Position numbers and translations under genes: made by a program
The notes under the pieces: generated by a model
Database searches by the model: none
What the model was told of the DNA's origin: nothing
What the model saw: only the letters and a program-made list of their open reading frames with translations
NCBI RefSeq assembly: GCF_023055435.1
Contig: NW_025964112.1
Span: 53,878,001-53,942,000, forward strand
Reading direction: 5' to 3'
DNA length: 64,000 nt
Source: Haliotis rufescens
Taxonomy: Eukaryota
Part shown: positions 23,220-49,487 of the stretch, piece after piece
Position numbering within the stretch: the first letter of the stretch is position 1
How the letters are laid out: each line of letters begins with the position of its first letter

Positions 23220-24387
23220 TGTGCACGTCTCTAGATTAGTGAACACACAGTTGTGTGCGTCTCTGTACTAGTGTAAACACAGTTGTGAACGTCCCTGGAT
23301 AAGTGTACACAAAGTTGAGTTCGTCTCTGGATTAGTGTACACACAGTTGTGTACGTCTCTGGATTAGTGTACATGCCGTTGTGTACGTCTCTGGGTTAGT
23401 GTACACACAGTTGTGTGCGTCTCTGGGTTAGTGTGCACACAGTTGGGTTCGTCTCTGGATTAGTGTACACACACTTGTGTACGTCTCTGGATTAGTGTAC
23501 ACATAGTTGTGTACGTCTCTTGATTAGTGTACACACAGTTGTGTGCGTCTCTGGACTAGTGTACACACAGTTATGTACGCCTCTGGACTAGTGTACACAC
23601 AGTTGTGTACGACTCAAGATTAGTATACACACAGATGTGTGCGTCTCTGGACTAGTGTACACACAGTTGTGTACGTCTCTGGATTAGTATACACACCTTT
23701 GTGTACGTCTCTGGATTAGTGTTCACACAGTTTTGTACGTCCCTTGATAAGTGTACACACAGTTGTGTACGTCTCTGGATCAGTGGACACACCGTTGTGT
23801 GCGTCTCTGGACTAGTGTACACACAGCTGTGTGCATCTCTGGATTAGTTTACACACACTTGTGTGCGTCTCTGGATCAGTGTACACGCATCTGTGTACGT
23901 CTCTGGATTAGTGTACACGCAGCTGTCTACGTCTCTGGATTAGTGTACACACAGTTGTGTACGTCTCTGGATTAGTATACACACCTTTGTGTACGTCTCT
24001 GGATTAGTGTTCACACAGTTTTGTACGTCCCTTGATAAGTGTACACACAGTTGTGTACGTCTCTGGATCAGTGGACACACCGTTGTGTGCGTCTCTGGAC
24101 TAGTGTACACACAGCTGTGTGCATCTCTGGATTAGTTTACACACACTTGTGTGCGTCTCTGGATCAGTGTACACGCATCTGTGTACGTCTCTGGATTAGT
24201 GTACACGCAGCTGTCTACGTCTCTGGATTAGTGTACACACAGTTGTGTACGTCTCTGGATTTATGTACACACAGTTGTGTACGTCTCTGGATTTATGTAC
24301 ACACAGTTGTGTACGTCTCTGGATTAGTGTACACACAGTTGTGTACGTCTCTGGATTGGTGTACACACAGTTGTGTGCGTCTCTGGA
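23220..24387. repeat. 32-bp minisatellite (gtgtacacacagttgtgtacgtctctggatta)
   Basis: About 36 units; internal 288-bp higher-order duplication (identical ORF starts at 23751 and 24039). Confidence 0.95.
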
Positions 24388-25294
24388 AAATGTAAAAAAT
24401 AAGGTTATTATTTCATCACATGGTTACACTTCATTTCAGTGTGGTTAATGCGTTCGCTCGACATAACCGAGAATCACGTTCAAATCTCTTCATTGGTACA
24501 ACATGCCCAGCCTGTCCTTGTGATGTTTGCACAGTGCTGTCTGAACTTTTGTAATATTGGCAATAAATCTGAAATCATTGTCAGCTATTAAAGCCAATTT
24601 CTTTAATCATTTTGACAATACGATTATTCCTGCTTGGGATTGAAACCACACATGTGATCGATGACTGTAACATACCTCACCGGCGACTCTTGCATCCCCA
24701 GGCTATTTAGAGGATTTTAGGGACGCTTTACTCGCCACTTTTCACCAACAACGTATCACACCTCTTGTTGTTCCAAACACCAGGCACGTAGGGGTTGGGG
24801 TGGGTTCGGATTTTGTTTTTATCAACAGAGTTTCACAAGGAGAAGTTTACTCAACCCCTCCATCTATTGGCCAGCATCAACATACATACGGCGTATTATA
24901 TAATTGTATATACGTATGCATAGAGTTAATAATATGCTTTTTAGTTTTGTCTTTTAACGTTCTCGTGAAGATTTTGAGTCAGTGCCATAGATGAAGCTGC
25001 CAACCACCTTTTAACAAGTGGGATTCGGGGGTCTATGGAAACGGTATTCTGGGCACGGTAGTGGTACGAGGAACGCAGAAAATATCGTATTTGGTATGCA
25101 GATTCATCATGTAAAACAAAGTAATGGTGTACTTAAACTTTCCGTTATAATATTTTATTTTTTCGCTATTTTTTCAGCTATTAAACTTCAAATAGCATAC
25201 ATTTCTCAATAGTGTTAAATACAATTCGGGGTGAGCAATCAGATGGTATTCGGGATTCAGGGGAGGACGGTGTTGGCACTCTCATAAATAACAT

Positions 25295-26497
25295 CATCTT
25301 CCCAAGGCAAGTGAGTTAACTGACTATAAAAGTCCAGTTTCCACCCTTGCCGAACAAGGCGGGAATTCCGTGGCTCGATCGTAGCGCCACTAGTGGCTAA
25401 TATGAGTTATGCCCCTTCTATGCCTCGCCTATGGACTAATCAGATTCAACCTCTCGTATCACTTGCATTTGCTTCAAACAAAAAGGCGGCGCCCAGTCAA
25501 GACGATCTGATCGATAATCAAGATCTACATTGTGATAAAACGAGTCTTACATCGCGAAGTGCATCAAATCACGTGAGAACTTTGATTAAAAGCACGAAAG
25601 AATTTGCAAAATATATGTCGACGCCCAGTTGATGGTACACCTGTTTTGCAAACCGTGCAGTCGACCGAAATCTGCACGATGAAATCCATGTTGTTTACGA
25701 ACCGGAATGTGGGGTGGCTGTTATAGTCTGTCTTACAGACCCTGATACAAATATATATCAAATACAGCCCATGCAAGTCTATAATGTTTGGCAAGTCTAG
25801 ATCACTGCAGTATCAGGCTGTTTTAATATTTTTATTAAGATAACTAAACAACTGTTTTTTTATGTACGATATGTTCATTTCAGAGACTAGATTTTAGTCT
25901 ATGGCTATTACAATGACGACTGAAACTCTCAAGCCTCCAAACACCCGATTGCGTTATTTCGAGTTGCAGTGTCTGACGGTGGCATATCGACAACACTAGA
26001 CAGCTTATCGAAAGAAGGTCACCTTTTACACCTGCAGCCCAACCCTCTCTTTCCCCGAAGTTTTATTTCCAGTTATTTCGGGGCGGTCGGGTAGCCTAGT
26101 GGTTGAAGCGTTCGCTCGTCACGCCGAAGACCCGGGTTCGATTCCCGACATGGGTACAATGTGTGAAGCCCATTTCTGGTGTCCCCCGCCTTGATATTGC
26201 TGGAATATTGCTAAAAGCGGCGTAAAACCATACTCACTCACTCCAGTTATTTCGTGACAATTTCAACAAAAATCCGGTTTGAATTTCAATAAATCACCAC
26301 ACGGTGCGTTTGGCCGATGTTATCCAACCAGAAAACACTGTTTGGTAACATTAAGGAAATAAGTAACTTCATCAACATTTTTGGCGAAATACGCTGATGT
26401 TTTGTAGAGAAAATGTAACTCCATAATACCAGCCTAGTTCGGCAAGGGTGGAAACTGGACTTTTATAGTCAGTTGACTCTCTTGCTTCGGGAAGATG
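25295..26497 (+). mobile_element. MITE family D, complete: ~60-bp TIRs, 9-bp TSD aaataacat, contains a nested SINE
   Basis: aaataacat|catcttcccaaggcaag ... cttgcttcgggaagatg|aaataacat. Confidence 0.9.
26080..26243 (+). mobile_element. SINE family A inserted in the MITE, TSD tccagttatttcg
   Basis: TSD on both sides; the empty site is present in the 17478-18221 copy (~17636-17652). Confidence 0.92.
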
Positions 26498-26789
26498 AAA
26501 TAACATGGGAAAATGAGACGTATATGCCAAACGCAGATACGTCATGTTGTTGTTAATGGAATTTGTTTGACAAAAAATCTAAATTCACGATATCTCTTAC
26601 GCATAAATTCAAATCATTTCCCCATTTTTTTCCACTTGTACTTCAGCCTTGCCCCGCAGGAAGAAAATGTATTTACAGGTAAAAGTACCGGGTAGGAGAT
26701 TATTGAAGATAATGCAAATATGCAGAGCGCTGTTGATAGATTACTTGGTTACTTTATGGTATTTTTTATTATTAGCTTGCTCAACGTAG

Positions 26790-27991
26790 AGCAAAATAAT
26801 CTAGAATTACAGAGATACTCATTGTGGCCGATGTATTTTTGGGGGTATATATTTGTTTTAATTTCATTTTAGGTTTTTACGTATATCTATTATATATAAC
26901 TAGTTGTCAGTTTCAGTCAGCTGTAAACAAAGTGTATCTAACCTGTTTTGCCTACTAACTGCCCCATGGCCAGAAGCTTCATTTGCTGATTGGCCAAGCT
27001 AACACCTATTGTTAAACTGCATGCTTTGATTACACTGCATACTCTCTCAGTACATGAACTGACAGAACTGCTCAGACCAGCAAAGCATAAAGACATTATC
27101 TTAAATTAGGTGAGTTAAATCGTTATAATCTCTGTCTTGTGTTGTATTGAAGTAATACAGTATGTTTAAAGTGTTATATTAAGTAAACTAAATCTATGTA
27201 ATCTAATAAAAAATGTTGATTATGTCTAATTATTCAAATCTGCATAAGATAAGCTAAACAACCATACTTCATCACTAAAATATATTCTATCACTTCAATT
27301 AAATATGCGTGAAAGTGTTTTACTTCAAGAATGTTTTCAAGAAAGCTTTATAGTGTACAGATTCAGAGGTGATACATGTAGATATTGTAAATCATTGTAA
27401 ATAAAATGTGTGTATTACTTAATGTTAAATAGTGTATTATTTATTCAGATCATCTATGGTGTTGCCATACGTGTGGCAGTTGGGATACCCACACTTGTAT
27501 CATCCACAGGGTATGCATTGTATTATTTATATTTGTCTAAGACTTAATATGTAATCTAATTGTGATGACCACATTTAATATAATTAATACAATATAATAT
27601 CATTCATTTCTGTCTTAAAGTATTGTATATGTTTATACAGAATGTGTAAGCGTTATTGTGTATATATTATAGGCAAATGAAAGTCAAGGAGTTATCTCCC
27701 TTGTATGTCGGTATTGTGGTGCATGTATATTACTGCATATATTCTATTATAATCGTTTAGCGTACAGTCTATCTAGTGGTCTAATGGATGAGTGATATAT
27801 GTAATACATACTTGTAATAAGCCTATGCTATGTATCTAGCATTAATGATAATGTTTCCTTATTATTTATTATGTAATTATGTGTTTCAGGGTGTCTGATA
27901 TCTTAGATCCTTGATCTTTGGCATCTGCAATAAAGACCTCAACCCCGTAATGTGTTTGTTGACTCGTAAAAGACACGCACTAAACTGCTAC
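26790..27991 (+). mobile_element. Possible solo LTR / LTR-like AT-rich block
   Basis: Ends aataaa...actgctaca (CA terminus) and has internal gtgagt/tttcag splice-like signals; 5' TG end and TSD not identified. Confidence 0.25.
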
Positions 27992-30465
27992 AAACTGTTC
28001 TCATGCTGTTTGATTATATTATTTTTAATCAATCTACAGGTTTCATGGCAAGTAATATCTAATTAATCAAGGGTCCAGCGATCTAAGGTGAGGCAACTCC
28101 ATCTGCTCTACCACCAAATGATCATCATCGGTCGTGCGATTCCGGGCTTCGAACCCGCGCCAAGCTGATCCTGAACTAGCTACGACGTGATATAACCACG
28201 CTGACGTCTTCCTGTTATTTTAAAATGATTTTTTTTAAAAAGGTCTTGCCAAGGAACTAGTGTAACAATCAATAATCAGGTGTATCGTGCAGTCCCTTTA
28301 CGAGAACGCTTAAGCTTGGATTTTGTAAACGTCCATCCAATAAGCAGGAAGCAGTCAACGGTCGCTCCTAGGAATCCGAAATTGCAATGTTTCCGAGGAA
28401 CGTGGGAAGGATCCGAATATTTCGTCGTAATCCGGCCAATCCTGTTTCGTGTGATGAGGGTGCGAGCGGCTGACGGTTTTGACATGCTTCACAAATACAC
28501 AGTAACTATCTGAAACATTGCCGCGGCACACGCTTGCGAATCCGAAGTAACATTATCGAGTGCGCGGCGTGGACGTCGCTCGAACGTGAAGACGCGGTTA
28601 TGCTTGCAGATCCGAAAGGATCCGCGAAATACACATATTTCAAAACCTGGCACAGCAAATAATGTCCAAATGTCTACGTCAAAAACTCGGATCGGATCAC
28701 CGCGTCAAATATGGTGGTGTTCCGAAAACTGCTGGTACGTATGTAGAGTGAGAGAGAGAGAGAAAGATCGAGAGAGATTATACGCTTTTGTATGTACATA
28801 GTAGTATGTACGCGTAAACATCATCGCCCTCGATGGCGAGGTGAGACGCAAGCGCTCAGTGTGAGCGAGCATCTGAGTATATTCAGATTGTAGTCAGTGT
28901 GAGCGATCTCTCGGATTTTTTTAACCCATGCAACCCAGTACACATTTAATTGTTGTCTTATTTTGAATGCGTACAATAGATTTGTGCCCGGCATGTTGTT
29001 TTTTTCATACCACACTAAAAATCAGTGTTTATGCACACATTATTCTGTATGGGTCAGGCTCAGCGTGTGTGTGTTTTGAGGGGTGTGTGTTGGGGCGTGT
29101 GTGTGAGGGTGGTGGTGGTGGGGGGGGGGGGATGCTGTTGTTGTTGTGTGTAGTGGTTTTTTTGGTACTGCTTTCTAAATGTGAAAAAATATACGTAAAC
29201 TTACTTCATTCATTTTAATATATCAAACAAATGTTGTTTTTGTTTTTTCACATACGTAAAAAAATCACCTGTAGAAAAAAGTCCCCCCATACCCATTTAG
29301 CAATAGTTTGAGAGATCCGAATTCACAACTGACGCGTACAGGGCTGCGCTGCTCCCTCCACAACACGGCGCGTGCAAAGATAGCCGCTAATTCACATACG
29401 GACAGATTGAGTTGGTCCTACGGGGACATGCCTCTTTAGGATCCGAAGCTCCAAGGAATATACACATCACTCAGATGGATCCGAAATTAGACGTACGACG
29501 CTTTACACGGCAAGAATTTGCATCAAGCGAGCATAAAATCCGAATAATGGTCCCTCAAAGCATGATTGCCTCTTCCCAGCTGCTTAGCGCGTGCAAGAAG
29601 GTACTATGTCCCGATCTTACACATTTTCACAACTACTTTCATCAAATCCGTAAAATATGTACCTCAAATGCAGGCGAAGCTCCGCAGAAAAGTAGTACAC
29701 GGAAAATAATAAGGAAATAGCTTCGCGGGTCCTCACAATGTGAGCACAGTACGCCGGCGCCGCCACAGATCCGAATAAAAGCAGACTGAAGTTTCAGGCT
29801 TCGCGGATCCGAAATTACGATGGCGTGGTGCGCGCCGGTTCGCGCAACACTCGCTAGGCGATCAGGATCTCTGTAGTGGGATTCGGACCGGGATTGGCGA
29901 CGGGATTTTGTTATACGAGCGGGATGACGGACTGCTGAGAAAACACGCGAGCTGCTGTGTGCCTCTCGCAGACGTTCTCGGTCAATAGCGCACGTTCTCT
30001 GTTCACAAAAAGGGTTGCTGTTTTGCTGTGTGATATGGACATTAATTTACTCAGACTAAAAAGTGAATATGTTTTCGGTATATCATCTTGTTAACAAAAT
30101 CATGTACTTTGCAGACTTACCTTTAATTACATTAGTCTAATTGGCTACTCAAATCATTTCTAATCACAATACATACTAATGTATCATGACATTGTACAAC
30201 ATTGCATATCATGTGGATGATACTGCAAAGTATACTCTGTAGCAGACATGCAATTGAAATGATAAAGAGTATATTGGTGATTTACTAAGACTAAAATATC
30301 AGACCCTAACCTCCTTATGATAAATATTAAAATATAATCCTAAAGAAATTTAAATTAACTTATCACAATCAGTGCTGTAAAGAACATTAATGTCGAAGTG
30401 TTTAAAGCTAAAAATCTGGTCACATGCTACAGAAACAATAGAAAAGGCAATCAGTGGCCAAGCCT

Positions 30466-30980
30466 CATCTTCCCGAGGCAGGAGAGTTAACTGATTATAA
30501 AAGTCCAGTTTCCATCCTTGCCGAACTAGACTGGTATTATGGAGTTAATTTTGGCTGGACTAACGAGTCTATGCATAGTCCAATCAAAATCGCGCAACGA
30601 AATCGAAATCTTAAACTGTCATGCAATTTTCGGTCGATTGCAGGATTTTCAATGCATTTGCACCGCCAAATTGTTGTCAACAAATATTCAAAATCTTTTC
30701 ATGTTTTTAATCAAGACGCTCACGTGATTTGATGCACTTCGCGATGTAAGGCTCGTTTTATCACAATGTAGATCTTGACTGGGCGCCACCATTTTGTTTG
30801 AAGCAAATGCAAGTGATACGAGAGGTTGAATCTGATTGGTCCATAGGAGAGGCATAGAAGGGGCATAACTCGTAATAGCCACTAGTGGCGCTACGATCGA
30901 GCCACGGAATTCCCGCCTTGTTCGGCAAGGGTGGAAACTGGACTTTTATAGTCAGGTAACTCACTTGCCTTGGGAAGATG
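30466..30980 (+). mobile_element. MITE family D, complete: ~60-bp TIRs, 9-bp TSD gccaagcct
   Basis: gccaagcct|catcttcccgaggcagg ... cttgccttgggaagatg|gccaagcct. Confidence 0.92.
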
Positions 30981-31134
30981 GCCAAGCCTCGGCTGGACCA
31001 CATCACAAAATACTTAATGACTTTACCTAGGGATTAGTAGAGTGTGCTTGGGTTCGTTTATGGAGCTGCAGCCGCACCCGTACTTAATTTTGTTTACCTT
31101 AGTTTAAAATACGTAAGTTAAAATTCACGATATT

Positions 31135-31308
31135 AACATTCTGCTACAGATCCCCGGACGCATCATACCATTATACGTTAAGATATGGTATCCTTGCACG
31201 GGCTGGTGGACTCGGAGTCAGTATACCTGTGGCGGAGTGGGGTATCCTTGTTAAACTGCGGCATGGTATCTCAGTGGGCTAGCACTATACAACCAGCATT
31301 TGTCCGGA

Positions 31309-31378
<70 letters not shown>
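31135..31378 (+). mobile_element. SINE family E fragment ending in (CT)n
   Basis: ggagtcagtatac...gtggggtat...gttaaactgcggcatggta...ctagcactat is shared with the 50009 copy; (ct)n at 31313-31378. Confidence 0.7.
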
Positions 31379-31381
<3 letters not shown>

Positions 31382-32149
31382 GAAGTAAACGTTTCATATG
31401 TTCATCAGAATCACATCAGAAGGATATGGTAAGCATGGAGATTTTCTCGAACTAGTATTAGTTATCCTCTTACCACAAGTATGGTCGCCTTTTATGGTAA
31501 GCAAGGATGGCTGAAGACAGATTCTATACCCAGGATCTTCACAGGTCTCTCGTATTGTTAAAATATTCGTATAGCTGTTTTAGCATTGTTGACTTTCTAG
31601 TTTCTAGTTATCTCGAAATTTCTGTTTTCAGACGATAGATAAAAGAGTCATCTGTAGAAAAATAATTAATTCCGTGCAAATGACAGAAAAAAACATTTAT
31701 AATATTATTTTATCTATGTAATATTATATCATTCTGGCTAGCATATTTTTTTATAATTGATATGAGGTTTTGAGTATGACTATTGAGAACAATTTGCATA
31801 CATTCCAGTAAAGATCATTTAAAATACGTATAATTTCTAAGTTTATCTGGATAGAAGTTGTATAGAAATAACATTAGCTGTGTATTCTCAGCGGATGAGA
31901 TCAGCACCCTAACCTAAGTGTATGATAATGCATATAATTATTTATCAAAATCATGTGGAAGAAGTAAATTTTAAGCGGATATCAATTTGTTTACATTCAA
32001 ATATAATAAAGTCGGCTTACAACGTCCAAGTTGCGGACGTCAATCACCAAAACCACTCATTGTAACCAGTAAAATATTTTCAATGATCGGTCCCTTACAT
32101 CCAATGAAAAATTGTTTCTCCCCTATCACATGACACATCTTTGGTCAAA

Positions 32150-44672
<12,523 letters not shown>

Positions 44673-45120
44673 CATAGGGTCCATATTCTGAAAATTAATA
44701 TCCAGTTTCTGACCACCTGATCTGTGTTGGCCCATATGACTCAAGACACAGAGGAGGTTGTTTGGTACTGTTTCACCTCCATGTTTAAACTGATTTAGGG
44801 TAAAGCTTTCTGCGGAGTTTTTTATAACCAGGCAGCTATATTATATATTTTATGCAATTATGTCCACTATTGAATCATAGATTTGTGTATCGTCGGATCA
44901 ACTGTTTTCGGACATCAAACGTTTTCATACGGCCATGTTTATTGCAAGTACTCCTGCTAAAATGAGGGTTGTGGGGTCACACAGACATTGTAAGTACTGA
45001 GATGATGGCTTGATTCTACGATAAAGTGAGTGAGATGTTTTACGGTTGTTCTTGTCATTAGCAAGAAAACTACGAATGTTTCTTTACCGTCCGAAAACCC
45101 ATAACACGGGGATATTTGCA

Positions 45121-45126
45121 AATAAA
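45121..45126 (+). terminator. Candidate polyadenylation signal of PECR
   Basis: AATAAA about 450 nt after the stop codon. Confidence 0.4.
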
Positions 45127-45945
45127 ATTGTATTGCAATACATATTGGGATATATTAGGAGCTAAAGTGTTTGACACTCATTGACAAGGATTGTCCATTC
45201 TGATCCTATTTACTACAAACTGAAGTAAATATTTCTTAGCATTTCTAGCTGCCTTTTTGTAGTCATGGATACAGGGGAGATAACAAAACAATGTGAGATA
45301 ACTATCAAGTCCTCATTTCTGCCATTTTGTCAATCAATTTCAAAGGGGAACATCATTTTAAAAGGTTTTATGTGTAGATTTTAGGTTTAAATGTATAATT
45401 AATATCAAAACTTGTTCTAATTTTTTCACCCAATATACAGAAACACGCAAAATATTGCAATATGTATCATTTGAAAAGCGTGATCAGTATACCGGTATAT
45501 CAATAATACTGAGCAGTCCTACTAATGATGTATGTTTTTATGAAGGTGAGACTGATCTTTTCATGATTAACGGATCTACTTGTTCAATATGCAAGTGGAG
45601 CAAAATACAAAACACAAGTTTCAGATTTGATTTGAACTCTTGAAATTATGACTGAAGTAAAATACGAACAAGGTAAGAATATTTGTAATCAAACAAAGTG
45701 TAATTGTAATTTTTGTTGGGAAAAAAATATAGACTCTTCTTTAAAACAAGTAAATTGGGCAGGCGTAACATAAAAATGAAATTGACAGTTCAGACATCCA
45801 TTTGTGCCAAAAACTTAGTCTTGTTTTGTGTGTTCTGTTTTCTCATAATATAAAAAACTTGTATTGCCTAAGCTTGTATCAGGCTTTGGACTATCACAGC
45901 CTAGGTCTAATGGAGTAACTTCATTTACTGGTTCAAGTCAAGTCC

Positions 45946-46217
45946 TGGGGGGCATGGGTGGAACAGTCGTCCAAGGTGCGACAATTTTCTGAGCAGATCT
46001 CCGTCCACTGGGCATGCCATAATCCTATGCTCATGACTTCGAATCCCTGTTTGCCATGATTATGTTTTTAGGTTTGTCAGCACCATACCAATGCTCATGG
46101 GTTTCACGAAAGTGGTAAATATCTAAGACCTGTATCACTTAGGGATTTCCTTCCACATAAAGCTGAGACACATATAACTGGAACACTGTTCAAAGCAGCG
46201 TTAAACCAACTCACTCC
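45946..46217 (+). mobile_element. SINE family C, degenerate
   Basis: Similarity to 47771-48050. Confidence 0.7.
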
Positions 46218-46393
46218 CTTATACAGGTGTTTTTTCTATGTACCCAGAGGAACATCACGTGTATCACATGAAAGGGAGGCGGAACATTTGTGCTGAATGT
46301 TTGTAACCAGGCCCAGGAGGGACACAGCCTGTGCATTCCTGATGAAGGAAGGTGTGCCCATGTTGTGAGGGGTATTTGACTGATATACTAATC

Positions 46394-47402
46394 AGTGTAG
46401 TACCCAACTCGGTCGGAGTGGAGTAGTACCCAACTCGGTCGGAGGGGAGTAGTACCCAACTCAATCATAGTGGAGTAGTACCCAACTCGGTCAGAGTGGA
46501 GTAGTACCCAACTCAATCGTAGTGGAGTAGTACCCAACTCGGTCAGAGGGGAGTAGTACCCAACTCAATCGTAGTGGAGTAGTACCCAACTCAATCATAG
46601 TGGAGTAGTACCCAACTCGGTCAGAGTGGAGTAGTACCCAACTCGGTCAGAGGGGAGTAGTACCCAACTCAATCGTAGTGGAGTAGTACCCAACTCAATC
46701 GTAGTGGTGTAGTACCAAACTCATTCGGGGGGGAGTAGTACCCAACTCAATCGTAGTGGAGTAGTACCCAACTCATTCGGGGGGGGAGTAGTACCCAACT
46801 CGGTCAGAGTGGTGTAGTACCCAACTCGGTCAGAGGGGAGAAGTACCCAACTCGGTCAGAGTGGAGAAGAACCCAACTCAATCGTAGAGGAGTAGTACCC
46901 AACTCGGTCAGAGCGGAGAAGTACCCAACTCTGTCAGAGTGGAGTAGTACCCAACTCAATCGTAGTGGAGTAGTACCCAACTCGGTCAGAGGGGAGTAGT
47001 ACCCAACTCAATCGTAGTGGAGTAGTACCCAACTCAATCATAGTGGAGTAGTACCCAACTCGGTCAGAGTGGAGTAGTACCCAACTCGGTCAGAGGGGAG
47101 TAGTACCCAACTCAATCGTAGTGGAGTAGTACCCAACTCAATCGTAGTGGTGTAGTACCCAACTCATTCGGGGGGGAGTAGTACCCAACTCAATCGTAGT
47201 GGAGTAGTACCCAACTCATTCGGGGGGGGAGTAGTACCCAACTCGGTCAGAGTGGTGTAGTACCCAACTCGGTCAGAGGGGAGAAGTACCCAACTCGGTC
47301 AGAGTGGAGAAGAACCCAACTCAATCGTAGAGGAGTAGTACCCAACTCGGTCAGAGCGGAGAAGTACCCAACTCTGTCAGAGTGGTGTAGTACCCAACTC
47401 AG
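46394..47402. repeat. 26-bp minisatellite (gagtagtacccaactc + ggtcagagtg/aatcgtagtg)
   Basis: About 38 units, ~443-bp higher-order duplication. Confidence 0.95.
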
Positions 47403-47770
47403 TCAATGAACTGAGTTCATTTTGTTTCATATTGATCTGTACAGACATTGTTATTCAAGTTGTTAAAATGAATAAATGATGATTTTGTCTCAAAGTGAAG
47501 GTGTTTGATTATGTGACTAGGTATGTGATGAACCATAGGTCCAGGTTGTCCTGTCGGTACCGGGGTCCTACTCAGGACCCATTCGAGTACCGAGCTACCC
47601 ATACCAGCCCTCGTGCATTTGAGGTCCAGCAATGAACATGTGTAATAAAGACGACCTACACATGTCTGTAATTTGTAATGTAATAAATTGTACAGAAACA
47701 GATGAACTCTGAACACAGCGATACCCAGATCAATACATCACAGCTAATTGCAAGAACCTCTTAAATAAAC

Positions 47771-48050
47771 GGGGGTATGGATGGCCCAGTCGTCTAAGGC
47801 GCCACAATTCGCCGTGCAGAGTTGCGTCCCTTGGGCACGCCAGAAACCTATGATTGTGGGTTCGAATCCCGGTTCTCCCCGATTATGTTTCTTGGTTTGT
47901 CAGCACCAAACCCGTGCTCGTGGGTTTTACCGAAGTGGTAAACGTCTGAGGCCTGCATCATTTCGGGCTTACCCCTCCACATTAAGCTGACACGCCGTGA
48001 TATAACTGGAATATTGTTAAAAGCGGCGTTAAACCTAGCTCACTCACACC
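47771..48050 (+). mobile_element. SINE family C (tRNA-Leu-like head)
   Basis: GGATGGCCCAGTCGTCTAAGGCGC A-box region, GTGGGTTCGAATCCC B box, shared 3' tail ending ctcactcac. Confidence 0.85.
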
Positions 48051-49487
48051 CAAAACAAATATCTACGTAGAGGATACTTTCATCTTCACGTCATTGAGGA
48101 CATCACATTCAGCATAAATCTGATAAACGTTTGAAAAACGAAAAACGGATAGATTAAAGGCAATGGATACACATGTAGATATAGATTATAGGCAATGGAT
48201 ATACATTAGGTCATGTAGATATAGATTATAGGCAATGGATATACATATATATGAATATGTTACAATTCTTAGCAAGCCATCGCCGTCGAGATGAACCAAT
48301 GTATAACATTATCTGCCTCCATTATAAAGAGACATTTTGCAGTCATTTTGTGATCATTTCACAACCGTGAAATTGACGTTCATAAGTGTATGACCGACAC
48401 AATTTGACGTTCATACGTTTTTCACGAGACCGTGTTCTTGAAATGACGTAAACACTGACGGACTACTTCCACATTCCTGGGGAAACCCCTGGGAATTCCC
48501 TTTGTATTTTTTTACCGAATGGCTGCACCTACGGCCCTAGTGTCAGTATACATTGAGAAACGTCAGAGAGTTTGACTGCATGACTGTTCACGAATATGAT
48601 CCTATTGGCCCATCCTAATGAACAAAACAAAGAAATGCACATCGCAAACAATCGAAGTATCTACTCGATCCGTGTCTAGGCTGACAGTGACAGTCTACAT
48701 CAATCTATGAATTTACCTTAGTGTCTGTTTGACACATCTTTAATCACCTTTCAATGATCGACGAGTTGATCAATGATGAGTAACACATGTTACCACCACA
48801 GGTTCATTAACAACTTCGGAAATCTCTCCCGTCACGTTTATCGTGTCGGCCATTTTGACGTCTTGTACTTGATGTAAATGTATTACGACGCGCTGTCATT
48901 GTGACTGACTTACTAAGGTAGTTCTTAACAGACCTTTCTCATCTAATGTCATTATGAGGATATTATTTGAGTACATTTGTTCTAAGGAAACTACAAAAGT
49001 TGTCCCTGTTGAGCATGTTGAGCATACATAAGCTCGTGTCACCTCTCGTTTTGAGGAACTATTTTATTCCGCGATACAGCTGGTTGTTGTATGGCTGTCA
49101 GTGTAAACAGGAAGTCACACATACTTAATATACTTGTGTATAGATCAAGGTCTACGTCCTTTGAGGGAAAACGAGTTATATAAATTTTTTTTATAAGAAT
49201 TGACTTTCACTTTGTGTGAATGCATTGCAGTATGAACCTTCACAGAGTGAGTCGCAAGCTCCGATGTTCATACAGTTTGGACCTCCTTCTCTATGAAGGT
49301 CCATGCATACTCCAATGAATTCACAGAAAGTGAAACTCAATTCTTATTTTTGTGTGTATATAACTAGTTTTTCCTCAAATGGCGTAGACCTCGATCTGGT
49401 GCTGATTGCGACGGGTGACACTATTCACTCATTGACTGTAATGACCAGTAATCAGTGTTATTCTATCATGGACATTCAACCAATATT

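Noticed and set aside
26080-26160. tRNA genes (also at 4150, 7190, 33715, 47775 and 50010)
   Set aside because: A and B boxes are present, but the acceptor stems are not intact and each is fused to a repeated body and tail, some with TSDs; they are SINE heads.
30877-30895. CTCF-like motif tagccactagtggcgctac in the MITEs
   Set aside because: It is one base short of the CCASYAGRKGGCRS core spacing; not supportable without binding data.
46394-47402. CRISPR-like look: constant 16-nt gagtagtacccaactc plus a variable 10-nt segment
   Set aside because: There are only 2-3 recurring spacer types, the spacers are too short, the context is eukaryotic and no cas genes are present; it is a minisatellite.
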